DNA of 64,000 bases from positions 344,379 to 408,378 of the forward strand of contig JAXHMH010000002.1 in NCBI GenBank assembly GCA_034521515.1, given 5' to 3'. Position numbers and translations under genes: made by a program. Positions 7,899 to 16,785 of the stretch are shown here, one piece after another. Every line of letters begins with the position of its first letter. Within the stretch, counting starts at the first letter, position 1. Under the pieces are notes generated by a model that saw nothing but the letters and a program-made list of their open reading frames with translations, did no database searches and was not told the origin of the DNA. This DNA comes from Candidatus Saccharimonadota bacterium (GTDB lineage: Bacteria > Patescibacteriota > Saccharimonadia > Saccharimonadales > JAXHMH01).

Positions 7899-8783
7899 GT
7901 GGGAAACGTTTATTTCATGAATCCTAATTCACCAAACCAACAACCACAACAAAACCAGCCTGCTGCCAACCAACAACAGGGCTATACTCCAGCCGGACAA
8001 CCTGCCTCCGGCCAAGTTAACGCACCCCAACAGCAACCAGCTCCCGCTAAAACCAATCCAAACAGCACGCAAAACTCCATGGAAATTGCCGAAATCCGCG
8101 ATGGGCTGGTGATCATGAATGACGGCAGCTTCCGATCAGTTGTGATGGCAAAGTCAATAAACTTTGACTTGATGAGCAACGAGGAGCGCGAAGCCGTTGA
8201 GTACAGTTATCAAGGCTTTTTAAACTCTTTGTACTTTCCGGTACAGATTTTTGTAAGGTCACAAAAAGTTGATTTGCGGCCGTATATTGAACGGCTTGAT
8301 AAAATTCGCACCGAGCACGACAATATGCTATTAGCGCTCATGATGGAGGATTACATTAATTTTATCGGTGATTTAAGTATGCAGACTAATATTATGGATA
8401 AGAAGTTTTATATTATCATCCCGTATTTCCCGTCAGTTGATGTTCAAAAAGCACTTACTCAGAGCAAGAATTTATTCACCGGAATTACCAGCATGTTTAA
8501 TAAAAATGAGCAGCATGTGGTTGTCAATGAACAAGATCTCAACAAGGCCAAAGATGAACTACGCAACCGTGTTCAGGCAGTGCTCGGCGGTTTACAACAA
8601 TCTGGCGTTCAAGGTCTGCCACTAGATACTCAGGAACTTATTGAGCTGTATTACGATTCATACAATCCAGATACTGCCACCAGACAGCAGCTGAAAAACT
8701 TCAACGATCTAACTGCTCCTATTGTTACACGCGGTGAAGGTCAGGCAGTAAACCCTAGTTTAGAAAGGGAGCTTGATCAATAA
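7899..8783 (+). CDS. VirB4 N-terminal-domain-like protein (first half of an apparently split VirB4)
   Basis: After a Q/P-rich N-terminus comes EIRDGLVIMNDGSFRSVVMAKSINFDLMSNEEREAVEYSYQGFLNSLYFPVQIFVRSQKVDLRPYIERL. This resembles the N-terminal region of Gram-positive VirB4/TraE-type ATPases. The stop overlaps the next ATG (TAATG at 8781-8785). Confidence 0.5.
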   Translation: MGNVYFMNPNSPNQQPQQNQPAANQQQGYTPAGQPASGQVNAPQQQPAPAKTNPNSTQNSMEIAEIRDGLVIMNDGSFRSVVMAKSINFDLMSNEEREAVEYSYQGFLNSLYFPVQIFVRSQKVDLRPYIERLDKIRTEHDNMLLALMMEDYINFIGDLSMQTNIMDKKFYIIIPYFPSVDVQKALTQSKNLFTGITSMFNKNEQHVVVNEQDLNKAKDELRNRVQAVLGGLQQSGVQGLPLDTQELIELYYDSYNPDTATRQQLKNFNDLTAPIVTRGEGQAVNPSLERELDQ

Positions 8784-10699
8784 TGCTCGGCAAGAAGAAA
8801 TCCGATACTCAAACTGATCCGGTCGCCCTAGCGCAAGCACAACGTGCCCGTGAGCAGCAGGAGGTTACTGCCGCTTTCCAAAAGGGCATAACGGCACTGC
8901 GCGATTTTATTGCTCCTGCTTCACTGGAGTTTAAGGGTACTCACTTCCAAATCGGCACTCGTTTTGCCCGTACGTTTTACGTTTACGGATACCCACGCCA
9001 AGTATTTACCGGCTGGATATCCAGTATGGTCAACCTCGATGAGGTGATGGATTTGAGTATATTTATCTATCCGGTCGAGAGCCAGGTAATACTAGAAAAC
9101 TTGCGCAAAAAAGTTTCCCAGATGGAGGCTGGCATCCAGATCGATGCCGAGAAAGGGCGTGTCCGCGACCCCGGCAGGCAGGCCGCCATCCAAGATGCCG
9201 AAGAAATGCGCGACAAATTACAGGTAGGCGAAGAGCGTTTTTTCCGTTTCGGATTTTATTTCACAGTTTACGGTGGCAGCATGGACGAGCTTGAATTTGT
9301 CACCCATAAGGTCGAGTCAGTTCTCGGTCAACAATTAATTTACTCAAAACCTGCCAGCAGCCAACAAGAACAAGGTCTTAACAGTACATTGCCGCAGTTC
9401 AGCGATCAATTACAAATCAGGCGAAACTTCAGCACCGGCGCGTTAAGTACCAGCTTTCCATTTACCAGCGCAGACCTTACACAGGATGAGGGCATCTTGT
9501 ATGGCATAAATATGCACAATTCCGGGCTAGTTATTTTTGACCGTTTCTCTCTAGAAAACGGCAACTCGGTGGTGTTTGCAAAATCCGGTGCCGGCAAATC
9601 GTTCACTGTTAAATTAGAGGCGCTGCGTAGCATGATGTTTGGTACTGAAGTATTTATTATTGACCCGGAAAACGAGTACCAGCGCATGGCAGAAGCCGTT
9701 GGTGGAGCTTATGTCCGGCTTAGTCTTAACTCTGGCACTCGACTTAACCCATTTGATTTACCACAAGTCATAGACACCGACGAGGCGGATAACGCTTTAC
9801 GCAGCAACCTCATAACACTTCATGGGCTATTAAGATTAATGATGGGTGGAGCGCAGACGCAGATGCTTGAGGGCACCGCAACAACTATGCCCGCCCTCGC
9901 ACCATCAGAAGAAGCCGACCTAGACGCCGCGTTAATTGAAACCTATGCCAAGGCCGGTATTACCAACGACCCACTCACCCATAAATCACAGCCCCCTACC
10001 ATAAACGACCTATATGACACATTGCTACACATGGGTGGCAGCGGCCCGCAACTTGCTCAACGCCTCCGTAAATACACTACCGGTACATTCGCCGGCATAT
10101 TCAGCCAACAATCCAACGTAGATATCAACAACCAGTTTGTAGTGTTCAACATCCGTGACCTAGAGGACGAGCTGCGCCCCGTGGCTATGTATATTGTCCT
10201 AAACTACATCTGGAACAAAACCAAATCCGACCAAAAAAGGCGCATGCTAGTAGTTGATGAGGCCTGGCAGCTCATGAAATATGAAGATTCTGCTAACTTC
10301 TTGTTTAGCCTGGCAAAACGCGCTCGCAAATATAACCTTGGTATCACCACGATAACTCAGGACGTAGAGGACTTTATGGGATCGCGCATGGGTCGGGCTA
10401 TTGTGGCCAACGCCAGTATGCAGATACTACTCAAGCAGTCTCCATCGGCTGTAGATGTACTAAGTGACGTGTTCAAACTTACCAGCGAAGAAAAGAAACG
10501 CCTCAGTCAGTTCCCGGTCGGCCAAGGTCTGTTTTTTGCCGGGCAAAACCATGTCCATATCCAGATTGCCGCTAGCCCAACCGAAACCGGTTTAATCACG
10601 ACCAATCCGCAACAAGTACAAGCCGCCGAACAGGGCGGTGAGCTTAATCAGCCCCAAGGTACAATTGACCTTCAAAATCGCCTAACACCAGGCGTATAA
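8783..10699 (+). CDS. virB4: VirB4-like T4SS ATPase (middle and ATPase domains)
   Basis: Walker A is FAKSGAGKSF and Walker B is RMLVVDEAWQLM. The VirB4-type middle region is FARTFYVYGYPRQVFTGWISSMVNLDEVMDLSIFIYP. Also present is RKYNLGITTITQDVEDF. Confidence 0.85.
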   Translation: MLGKKKSDTQTDPVALAQAQRAREQQEVTAAFQKGITALRDFIAPASLEFKGTHFQIGTRFARTFYVYGYPRQVFTGWISSMVNLDEVMDLSIFIYPVESQVILENLRKKVSQMEAGIQIDAEKGRVRDPGRQAAIQDAEEMRDKLQVGEERFFRFGFYFTVYGGSMDELEFVTHKVESVLGQQLIYSKPASSQQEQGLNSTLPQFSDQLQIRRNFSTGALSTSFPFTSADLTQDEGILYGINMHNSGLVIFDRFSLENGNSVVFAKSGAGKSFTVKLEALRSMMFGTEVFIIDPENEYQRMAEAVGGAYVRLSLNSGTRLNPFDLPQVIDTDEADNALRSNLITLHGLLRLMMGGAQTQMLEGTATTMPALAPSEEADLDAALIETYAKAGITNDPLTHKSQPPTINDLYDTLLHMGGSGPQLAQRLRKYTTGTFAGIFSQQSNVDINNQFVVFNIRDLEDELRPVAMYIVLNYIWNKTKSDQKRRMLVVDEAWQLMKYEDSANFLFSLAKRARKYNLGITTITQDVEDFMGSRMGRAIVANASMQILLKQSPSAVDVLSDVFKLTSEEKKRLSQFPVGQGLFFAGQNHVHIQIAASPTETGLITTNPQQVQAAEQGGELNQPQGTIDLQNRLTPGV

Positions 10700-10703
10700 C
10701 AAG

Positions 10704-10731
10704 TTATGAGCTATGAGTGTTGAACTATGAG
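10704..10731. repeat. Heptad tandem tract (ttatgag ctatgag tgttgaa ctatgag)
   Basis: Four 7-nt units lie directly after the virB4 stop. A TGA in each unit gives stops in all three + frames. An inverted copy of the unit (ctcataa) occurs at 10945-10951 on the far side of the truncated gene. Confidence 0.65.
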
Positions 10732-10951
10732 CAAAGCAGCAGAAGGTTACGCCAAACAAATCGACCGATCTTTTAGGCGCTTTTTGCTCACTGCCAAAGG
10801 GTCAGCTTCAAAAGTGCAGTCTATGCTTATACTGGCCGATGACATACAATATACATCAGAGGAGCAACTAGGATCACGCTTCACGTTAGCGAAAGAGGCG
10901 GCAAAGATTATAGGCGGACTTAAAAATAAACTCCATTCTCAAAACTCATAA
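10727..10951 (+). pseudogene. Truncated four-helix-bundle protein gene (C-terminal ~70 aa only)
   Basis: AEGYAKQIDRSFRRFLLTAKGSASKVQSMLIL aligns with residues ~50-116 of the 7419..7769 product. About 45 N-terminal residues (helices 1-2) are missing, and only 27 nt separate it from virB4. Confidence 0.7.
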
Positions 10952-10963
10952 CACATATCTATC

Positions 10964-13789
10964 ATGGCAGTAGAAGATAAAGAAAAATCCGGATCAAAAG
11001 AGGAAATCACGCCAGATTTTTTGCGTGAGGCTACTGGCATTAACCCCGAGCAAGAACAGACTATGGATCGCGAGGCACACAGCGGCGCCGCCAAAGACAT
11101 TGCCGAACGTGAAGGTATAGCCGGCACACAGAAAACTACCGAGGCCGACAAAGCGGAGAGTGACCGGATTGGCACTCCTGACGGTCAAATTGGCGGCGGT
11201 TACAAAGCTAATGCAAAGAAAAAACGTAAGTTTTGGACCAAGAAAAAAGGTGTCGGGGCTGGAATTGCTGGTTTAGCAGTATTCGGTGGCATGGGTCTAT
11301 TCGGTATAATGAGTGGTCCTTTTGGCGTCATGCATTTTGGCCAACTACTTAATCTCAATTTTTTACCCGGAAATTCTATTTTGACTAGCCGAGCGGGCAA
11401 TTTATATAAGTGGTCACAATGGTCTGACCAACCTGAAATGAGACGGTTGGGTGCAATCGGACGCCAATCCATGCGCGGTATCGATGCAAAATTTGAAAGA
11501 GCAGGTTATAGAAAAGTTGTCGGGTCAGGCGGGCGTCTTCATGCCGTTATTGCCCCAAACAACGAAAGAATACCAGTAGATCCACCCGGTACAGGCAAGT
11601 CTGCAGCTAAACAGAACTGGCGTAGAGTTGTTAGGCGAGTTAATTTGGTAAGCACAAAGCGTATTGGCCCTGTTGGATCGCGGTTTGCAACAAGAGCTTA
11701 CGGCATGAACATGGGAAACATACTAAACCCGAGGCGCACGTTACAGGATTGGCAGGCAAAAAGAACCCGAGTTAGAGAGGCTAGGCAGGCAAATAAAACA
11801 GGTACACAACCAGCAGACGTTAGGACTACTGCAGACGACGCCGACGTCGACCGTGCGCCCGGAGATCCAGACCCAAATGAGGGTACCGGAAGACAAAATA
11901 CTACCTCAAGACGAAACACAGCAAGAGCAATAAAAACGGCCTCTGGCATTGCGCTTGGATGTATTGCGATTGAACTTGCCGATCCTGAAGGTGTAGCCCA
12001 TAAAACAAACGTGATTCTTCCGTTAATACGTGGTGCTGGCCGATACTTAACTATCATGGGTCAATTACAGTCGGGTAACGTTGACCACGAGGAGCTCGGC
12101 ATTGTATATCAAGAGCTTGTTGCTGACAACGAAGACGGGGAGCCAACCTCCGCTTTTGCCTCAGCTCCAATGCAACATCTGGCTGGACGCGCCCCTACTG
12201 GTAGAGATATACCACCTGAAGCCCACCCGGTACGTTCAAAAAACTTTTTCGAAAATATCATGGGTGGTGTTTGGAGCAGTATAGAAGGAGTCCAAGGTCC
12301 TATCAGTGCTGGATGCCAACATATCTCCAGCACTGTCGGGCAAATTATTGGCGGCGGTATAGATATAGCTTTATGCGCGGTTAGCGGTGGAGCAACCTGT
12401 GTCGCAAGAGGCGCTATCCAGACTGCGCTTATCGGAGGAGGTATGCACGTACTAGTCAATATATTAGCCGGTGAACAGACTGCTGCTTGCTTTAGTGAAA
12501 CTGTAGAAGAGCTTGACGAGGAAGACACAGAAGTCGCTGGCAACACCCCTGTTGGCGGTGATATTGTAGGTGCCTGCGCAGGGTATGGCGCCCGCATATT
12601 TGCCAATGAGAACATGCTTAACTTTGGTGGCACACAATTAAGCGACGAGGAGTTTGCTGCTGTTCAGCGTTATAGCAATGAATTGGAAACTGAGCGCTTC
12701 CAAAACCAAAGCCTATTCGCAAGATTATTTAGCCCTTATGAACACAAATCCTTGTTCTCTAATGTCGCTCGTAATACATTGGTTTTTGCTTCTGGTAATA
12801 GTGGCCATAAATTCGCACACTCGCTACTGACAGCCCCCTTTGGCATAACGCAAAACTTACTCCAACCATTTAATTCGGCAGTTTACGCGCAGGACAATCG
12901 CACGTTTGATTGGGGCGGTTATCCAGCATACGGTTTTAGTATTGATGAACTGGATGATGAACGGTTTGATAACCCGTTTGAAAACGCTTCTATCGTCGCC
13001 GATAGACTTGATGATAGCGACGTAAAAGATAAAATTGAGCGCTGTTTTGCTCTTGAGCTGCAAGACGATTACTCCTTAAAAAGGATAGATGATGAGGTTA
13101 GGTCAGTACATTCACTTGATGGCTGCGACGACCAGGACGAAGTTTGGAAGCGTATAAGGTTTTATATACTAGACACCCAAATTGCGGAGACTATGAATTG
13201 TTATGAAGGCGATCATACCAGTTGCCGAACAATCGGTTTCGATGTCGCAAACGCTGAATCCGAACAATCCACCTCGCGACCAGCTCCCGACGAAGCTATT
13301 GTGGGAGATACTTCTGACCAACCCTGCGCATCAGGCACAGATGACCTCGGAACTGCAACCGGTTACAATAACGGGGACGCTTATACTATCCGGCTGTGCT
13401 CCATACCCGGTTTTACCTCTGAATGGCCGGGTGAAGAATTCATAAGAATAAACTCAACGGTATCAGGGAATTGGCTAAACTTATTCCAAGCTGCCCGAAC
13501 AGACGGTATAGATCTCCAAGCCGTCAATTCCTTCAGAAGCATGGAACGCCAGCAAGTGCTTTACGATCGATATCTGGCAGGCCGCGGGAACTTGGCCGCT
13601 CAACCAGGACACTCTAACCATCAGCTTGGTTTTGCAGTCGATATCGTTATGGATGACCGTGGTTTAAATCTAGAACAGTGCCGAGCTAATGCTGCACAAT
13701 ATCCAATATTTAGCTGGCTGAGAGATAACTCTTCCGACTTTGGCATCGAAGCAAATGTTCCAGATGAATGCTGGCATTGGTCGTCATGA
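10964..13789 (+). CDS. Large membrane-anchored protein with C-terminal M15B (VanY-type) D,D-peptidase domain
   Basis: Charged N-terminus, hydrophobic segment GAGIAGLAVFGGMGLFGIMSGPFGV and a large uncharacterised middle. C-terminal motifs are SFRSMERQQVLY, HSNHQLGFAVDI and DECWHWS, which are zinc D-Ala-D-Ala carboxypeptidase signatures. Confidence 0.7.
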   Translation: MAVEDKEKSGSKEEITPDFLREATGINPEQEQTMDREAHSGAAKDIAEREGIAGTQKTTEADKAESDRIGTPDGQIGGGYKANAKKKRKFWTKKKGVGAGIAGLAVFGGMGLFGIMSGPFGVMHFGQLLNLNFLPGNSILTSRAGNLYKWSQWSDQPEMRRLGAIGRQSMRGIDAKFERAGYRKVVGSGGRLHAVIAPNNERIPVDPPGTGKSAAKQNWRRVVRRVNLVSTKRIGPVGSRFATRAYGMNMGNILNPRRTLQDWQAKRTRVREARQANKTGTQPADVRTTADDADVDRAPGDPDPNEGTGRQNTTSRRNTARAIKTASGIALGCIAIELADPEGVAHKTNVILPLIRGAGRYLTIMGQLQSGNVDHEELGIVYQELVADNEDGEPTSAFASAPMQHLAGRAPTGRDIPPEAHPVRSKNFFENIMGGVWSSIEGVQGPISAGCQHISSTVGQIIGGGIDIALCAVSGGATCVARGAIQTALIGGGMHVLVNILAGEQTAACFSETVEELDEEDTEVAGNTPVGGDIVGACAGYGARIFANENMLNFGGTQLSDEEFAAVQRYSNELETERFQNQSLFARLFSPYEHKSLFSNVARNTLVFASGNSGHKFAHSLLTAPFGITQNLLQPFNSAVYAQDNRTFDWGGYPAYGFSIDELDDERFDNPFENASIVADRLDDSDVKDKIERCFALELQDDYSLKRIDDEVRSVHSLDGCDDQDEVWKRIRFYILDTQIAETMNCYEGDHTSCRTIGFDVANAESEQSTSRPAPDEAIVGDTSDQPCASGTDDLGTATGYNNGDAYTIRLCSIPGFTSEWPGEEFIRINSTVSGNWLNLFQAARTDGIDLQAVNSFRSMERQQVLYDRYLAGRGNLAAQPGHSNHQLGFAVDIVMDDRGLNLEQCRANAAQYPIFSWLRDNSSDFGIEANVPDECWHWSS

Positions 13790-15006
13790 TAAAAAAACAT
13801 TTCATTATACTGGTTGCAGCCGTTGTACTTGTCTCAAGTTTCATGTCACAAAGTGTGTTGGCGATTTCTGATGAGCAAAGAAGAATACTAGAATCCAATA
13901 TACTTTTCTACAACGTTGATGCTACCGACAGTATTGCGGACTCATGCACACTCCTTGTTGCCGGAAAAGGTGACATATTTAACGAAACTCAGTTGGAACA
14001 AATTGAGCGCAACCGTCTCGTATACGAAGAGGCTGGACAAGAGGCGGATGTCCCTTGGGAGATGTTGGCGGTTATACACCTGAAGGAGTCTGGGCTAGGT
14101 CGAGAAAACCCTAGTAATGGTCAAGGTGTTTACCAATTCGTCAATAAAAACGGCGGGCCATATCCACCAGGCCCGGTTAATGAGGCTGAGTTTGTTCGTC
14201 AAACAAAACTGGCAGCTCAATTTGTCCGCTCTAAGTTACCATCAAACCTTGAACATAACCGAAATTTAACATACTCAGGGGCTTCATCTGACACTATAAA
14301 AGATACGTTCTTCAGTTATAACGGCAGGAGCAGTGGTTATGCTGACCAGGCTGAAGCTTTGGGGTTTGATCGGGAGCGACAGCCATTTGAGGGATCACCA
14401 TATGTCATGAATAAGGCAGACCCCCAGCGAGATCCAGAAATTAACACTACCACCTGGGGACAAGTCAAGGAAGACTTTGGACCAATTGAATATCCAGCAA
14501 ATAATTTTTACGGCGCCTACGTAAGCTATGCGGCACTAGCTGGCACCGGTACAGACAACTGCGACCAAAATCTCGGTATTAGGGTTGTTGAGATAGCCCA
14601 AGAAGAGCTTGCTTTGGGTGCAAACGAAGCAGATAATTCCTACTTTAAATATACAGAAGGTATAGAGGCTGCTTGGTGTGCATATTTTGTAAGCTGGGTA
14701 TTCGATAAAGCTGGAGCTCCTTTCGAAGGCGGTCCACTTCCTCAAGTTTCAACTATGCAAGCCTATGCAAGAGACCGAGGTATGTATTACGAGTCAGACG
14801 ACAGCACTTTCACACCGCAACCAGGTGATATTGTTGTCTACAAGGAAGGGGTGCTGCCTTTTGAATCGCATGTTAATATAGTCATCTCTTACAATGCGGG
14901 TACTGAAATAATTACGACAATTGGCGGTAATGAGTCCGATACAATACTAGAACTAACAAACGAACGGTCACTACCTTCAATTAGTGGCTTTATAAGGATT
15001 CAGTAA
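13786..15006 (+). CDS. Secreted peptidoglycan hydrolase with C-terminal CHAP domain
   Basis: Signal peptide MIKKHFIILVAAVVLVSSFMSQSVLA, with ATG 13786 overlapping the upstream stop as ATGA. CHAP motifs are AAWCAYFVSWVFDKAG (Cys), GDIVVY, SHVNIVISY (His) and GGNESD. The N-terminal half (PWEMLAVIHLKESGLG) may be a second, lysozyme-like module, but this is uncertain. Confidence 0.7.
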   Translation: MIKKHFIILVAAVVLVSSFMSQSVLAISDEQRRILESNILFYNVDATDSIADSCTLLVAGKGDIFNETQLEQIERNRLVYEEAGQEADVPWEMLAVIHLKESGLGRENPSNGQGVYQFVNKNGGPYPPGPVNEAEFVRQTKLAAQFVRSKLPSNLEHNRNLTYSGASSDTIKDTFFSYNGRSSGYADQAEALGFDRERQPFEGSPYVMNKADPQRDPEINTTTWGQVKEDFGPIEYPANNFYGAYVSYAALAGTGTDNCDQNLGIRVVEIAQEELALGANEADNSYFKYTEGIEAAWCAYFVSWVFDKAGAPFEGGPLPQVSTMQAYARDRGMYYESDDSTFTPQPGDIVVYKEGVLPFESHVNIVISYNAGTEIITTIGGNESDTILELTNERSLPSISGFIRIQ

Positions 15007-15008
15007 TT

Positions 15009-15722
15009 ATGTATAACGTAAATAAAAAACATATTATCCTGGCAATCTTAGTGCTGTCCGCGCTACTGTTAATATTTGGAATAAAAATATACTTGGATAA
15101 CCAACGTTTCCAAGTCTTCTCGACTACTCCATCACTTACACAAACCGTCGCAACCAGCACTTCTGTAATAAAGCTTGACTTTAATAAACCGCTTTCAGAT
15201 GATTCTTCCTATAACAGAACGCTTATTAAGGATCTTGATGAGCTAGCATATATACATGATGTTGAGCGAGCTGGTGATTCACTGCTGGTTAGGCTGGGCA
15301 CACTCAACTCCGGACAAGAATACACTGTTACATTTAATGATATTATTTCAGCTGATGGTGATGTTATATCGGACTTAAGTTATACATTTTTTGTTGACTA
15401 TATTCCGTACGATCGACTATCTGAAGCACAGAAAGCTTTGGAGCTACAAGAAACTGATCGAGGGAGTGAAGATGACCCAGTGCTTAACTATGTACCACAC
15501 TCAACATTACGGTATGAAATTAATCCTATACAGAGAACCAACAACGACGGTGTATATTCGCTTGGCTTGGACATAAAAATTATCCTTTCTAACGCCGACA
15601 GGTCTAACCAAGATGCCGCTATCGCTACATATAAAGAAATGGCTATGGATTACTTGCGTTCTGTTGACATCAACCCAGACGATTATGATATTTACTACCG
15701 TATTATTGAACCGACTCTTTAG
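15009..15722 (+). CDS. Membrane-anchored hypothetical protein, possible Ig-like ectodomain
   Basis: N-terminal TM (HIILAILVLSALLLIFGI), then TPSLTQTVATSTSVIKLDFNKPLSDDS ... GQEYTVTFNDIISADG, which resembles SbsA/Big-type Ig-like domains. It is the last gene of the + strand cluster, and its 3' end overlaps the recF 3' end convergently. Confidence 0.4.
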   Translation: MYNVNKKHIILAILVLSALLLIFGIKIYLDNQRFQVFSTTPSLTQTVATSTSVIKLDFNKPLSDDSSYNRTLIKDLDELAYIHDVERAGDSLLVRLGTLNSGQEYTVTFNDIISADGDVISDLSYTFFVDYIPYDRLSEAQKALELQETDRGSEDDPVLNYVPHSTLRYEINPIQRTNNDGVYSLGLDIKIILSNADRSNQDAAIATYKEMAMDYLRSVDINPDDYDIYYRIIEPTL

Positions 15723-16785
15723 TTTTGTTTGTCGGAATAACGTGGCACTGGTCTAGAAAATGCTGCACAACGATATCAGCATCCGTGGTAGTTATAAACG
15801 TTTGATAACCAGCCAAAAACTCGGTTAACGCCATGCGCCGGGCGCCATCCAGCTCACTAAACACATCGTCAAGTAGTAGTATCGGTTTCTCATCGCGCAC
15901 TTCCTCGACCAACCGCACTTCAACAATCTTCAACCCAAGTAGTAGCGTCCGTATCTCGCCGCGCGACCCAACCTCATCCGCCGGATGATTGTCCAACGTA
16001 ATGTGCATATCGTCACGGTGAGGGCCGTACCCGGTAAAGCCACGCTGTATATCCAAGTCCTGCGTGGCTTCCAGTTTGCTCAACATCTGTGACTCATACT
16101 GATGCCCGCTACAAGCTGTTTTATACTTAACACCCACCGTAATCTTACTGTCTGACAGTTGTCGGTAGATAGTCTGGAGTTCTTGATTAATTCGGTTCAC
16201 CAGTGCCAGTCGTTCTTTAGCGATTGCACCACCTAGTTCTGCCAGCCTGATATTCCAGGCAAAAATCTGAGTGTTAACATGGCTATCGCCAGACTTTAAT
16301 AACGCATTACGTTGCGCCAACGTCCGCTTATATTGGCGGCGAAGCTGCCCGAAACCGACCACCATCTGCTCCAACATATCGTCCATAAACTCGCGCCGGC
16401 GTTCAGGTGATCCGGTAAGCAGCCGTAAATCATCCGGCTCAAACAATACAACCGGTACGGTTTTATTCAGCGACAAACGCTTGTATGTCTTATCCGCCAA
16501 AACAAAACTTTTCTGAACCCGATCGGCACCCTCTATTGTTTCTAATTTAACCGTGCGCGTCCCGTGGCTAGTAAATGCGTCGAGGCGCGACCACGGAGCT
16601 TTGTGGCGAACCAACTCACTATCCCGAGCCCTGTATGAACTACCCAGACACGCTACCAATAGCGCCTCCAGCAAATTTGTTTTACCGCTAGCGTTTGGGC
16701 CAACCACAATGTTAACCCCAGGCTCAAACTCAAAACTATCGTTATGATATGACCTAAAGTCCTGCAAGTTAAGCGCTTCAATCAC
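15703..16785 (-). CDS. recF: DNA replication and repair protein RecF
   Basis: Walker A is GPNASGKTNLLEAL and the Walker B-like motif is ILLLDDVFSELD. GTG start. It sits in the dnaA-dnaN-recF synteny. Confidence 0.9.
   Translation of the reverse strand: MIEALNLQDFRSYHNDSFEFEPGVNIVVGPNASGKTNLLEALLVACLGSSYRARDSELVRHKAPWSRLDAFTSHGTRTVKLETIEGADRVQKSFVLADKTYKRLSLNKTVPVVLFEPDDLRLLTGSPERRREFMDDMLEQMVVGFGQLRRQYKRTLAQRNALLKSGDSHVNTQIFAWNIRLAELGGAIAKERLALVNRINQELQTIYRQLSDSKITVGVKYKTACSGHQYESQMLSKLEATQDLDIQRGFTGYGPHRDDMHITLDNHPADEVGSRGEIRTLLLGLKIVEVRLVEEVRDEKPILLLDDVFSELDGARRMALTEFLAGYQTFITTTDADIVVQHFLDQCHVIPTNKTKESVQ

Noticed and set aside
12109-12633. 174-aa minus-strand ORF and many similar antisense ORFs inside large genes (e.g. 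3605..3988, 11698..12057, 24592..25023, 40722..41204, 53456..53827, 58245..58739)
   Set aside because: Each is embedded antisense or out-of-frame within a longer ORF that has recognisable domains. Their products are compositionally odd, so they were treated as shadows.
1-15722. Calling the T4SS-like locus an integrative conjugative element or prophage
   Set aside because: No integrase, relaxase, coupling protein, replication or phage structural genes, and no att-like boundaries, are visible in the window. The left boundary lies off-window, so mobility cannot be asserted.
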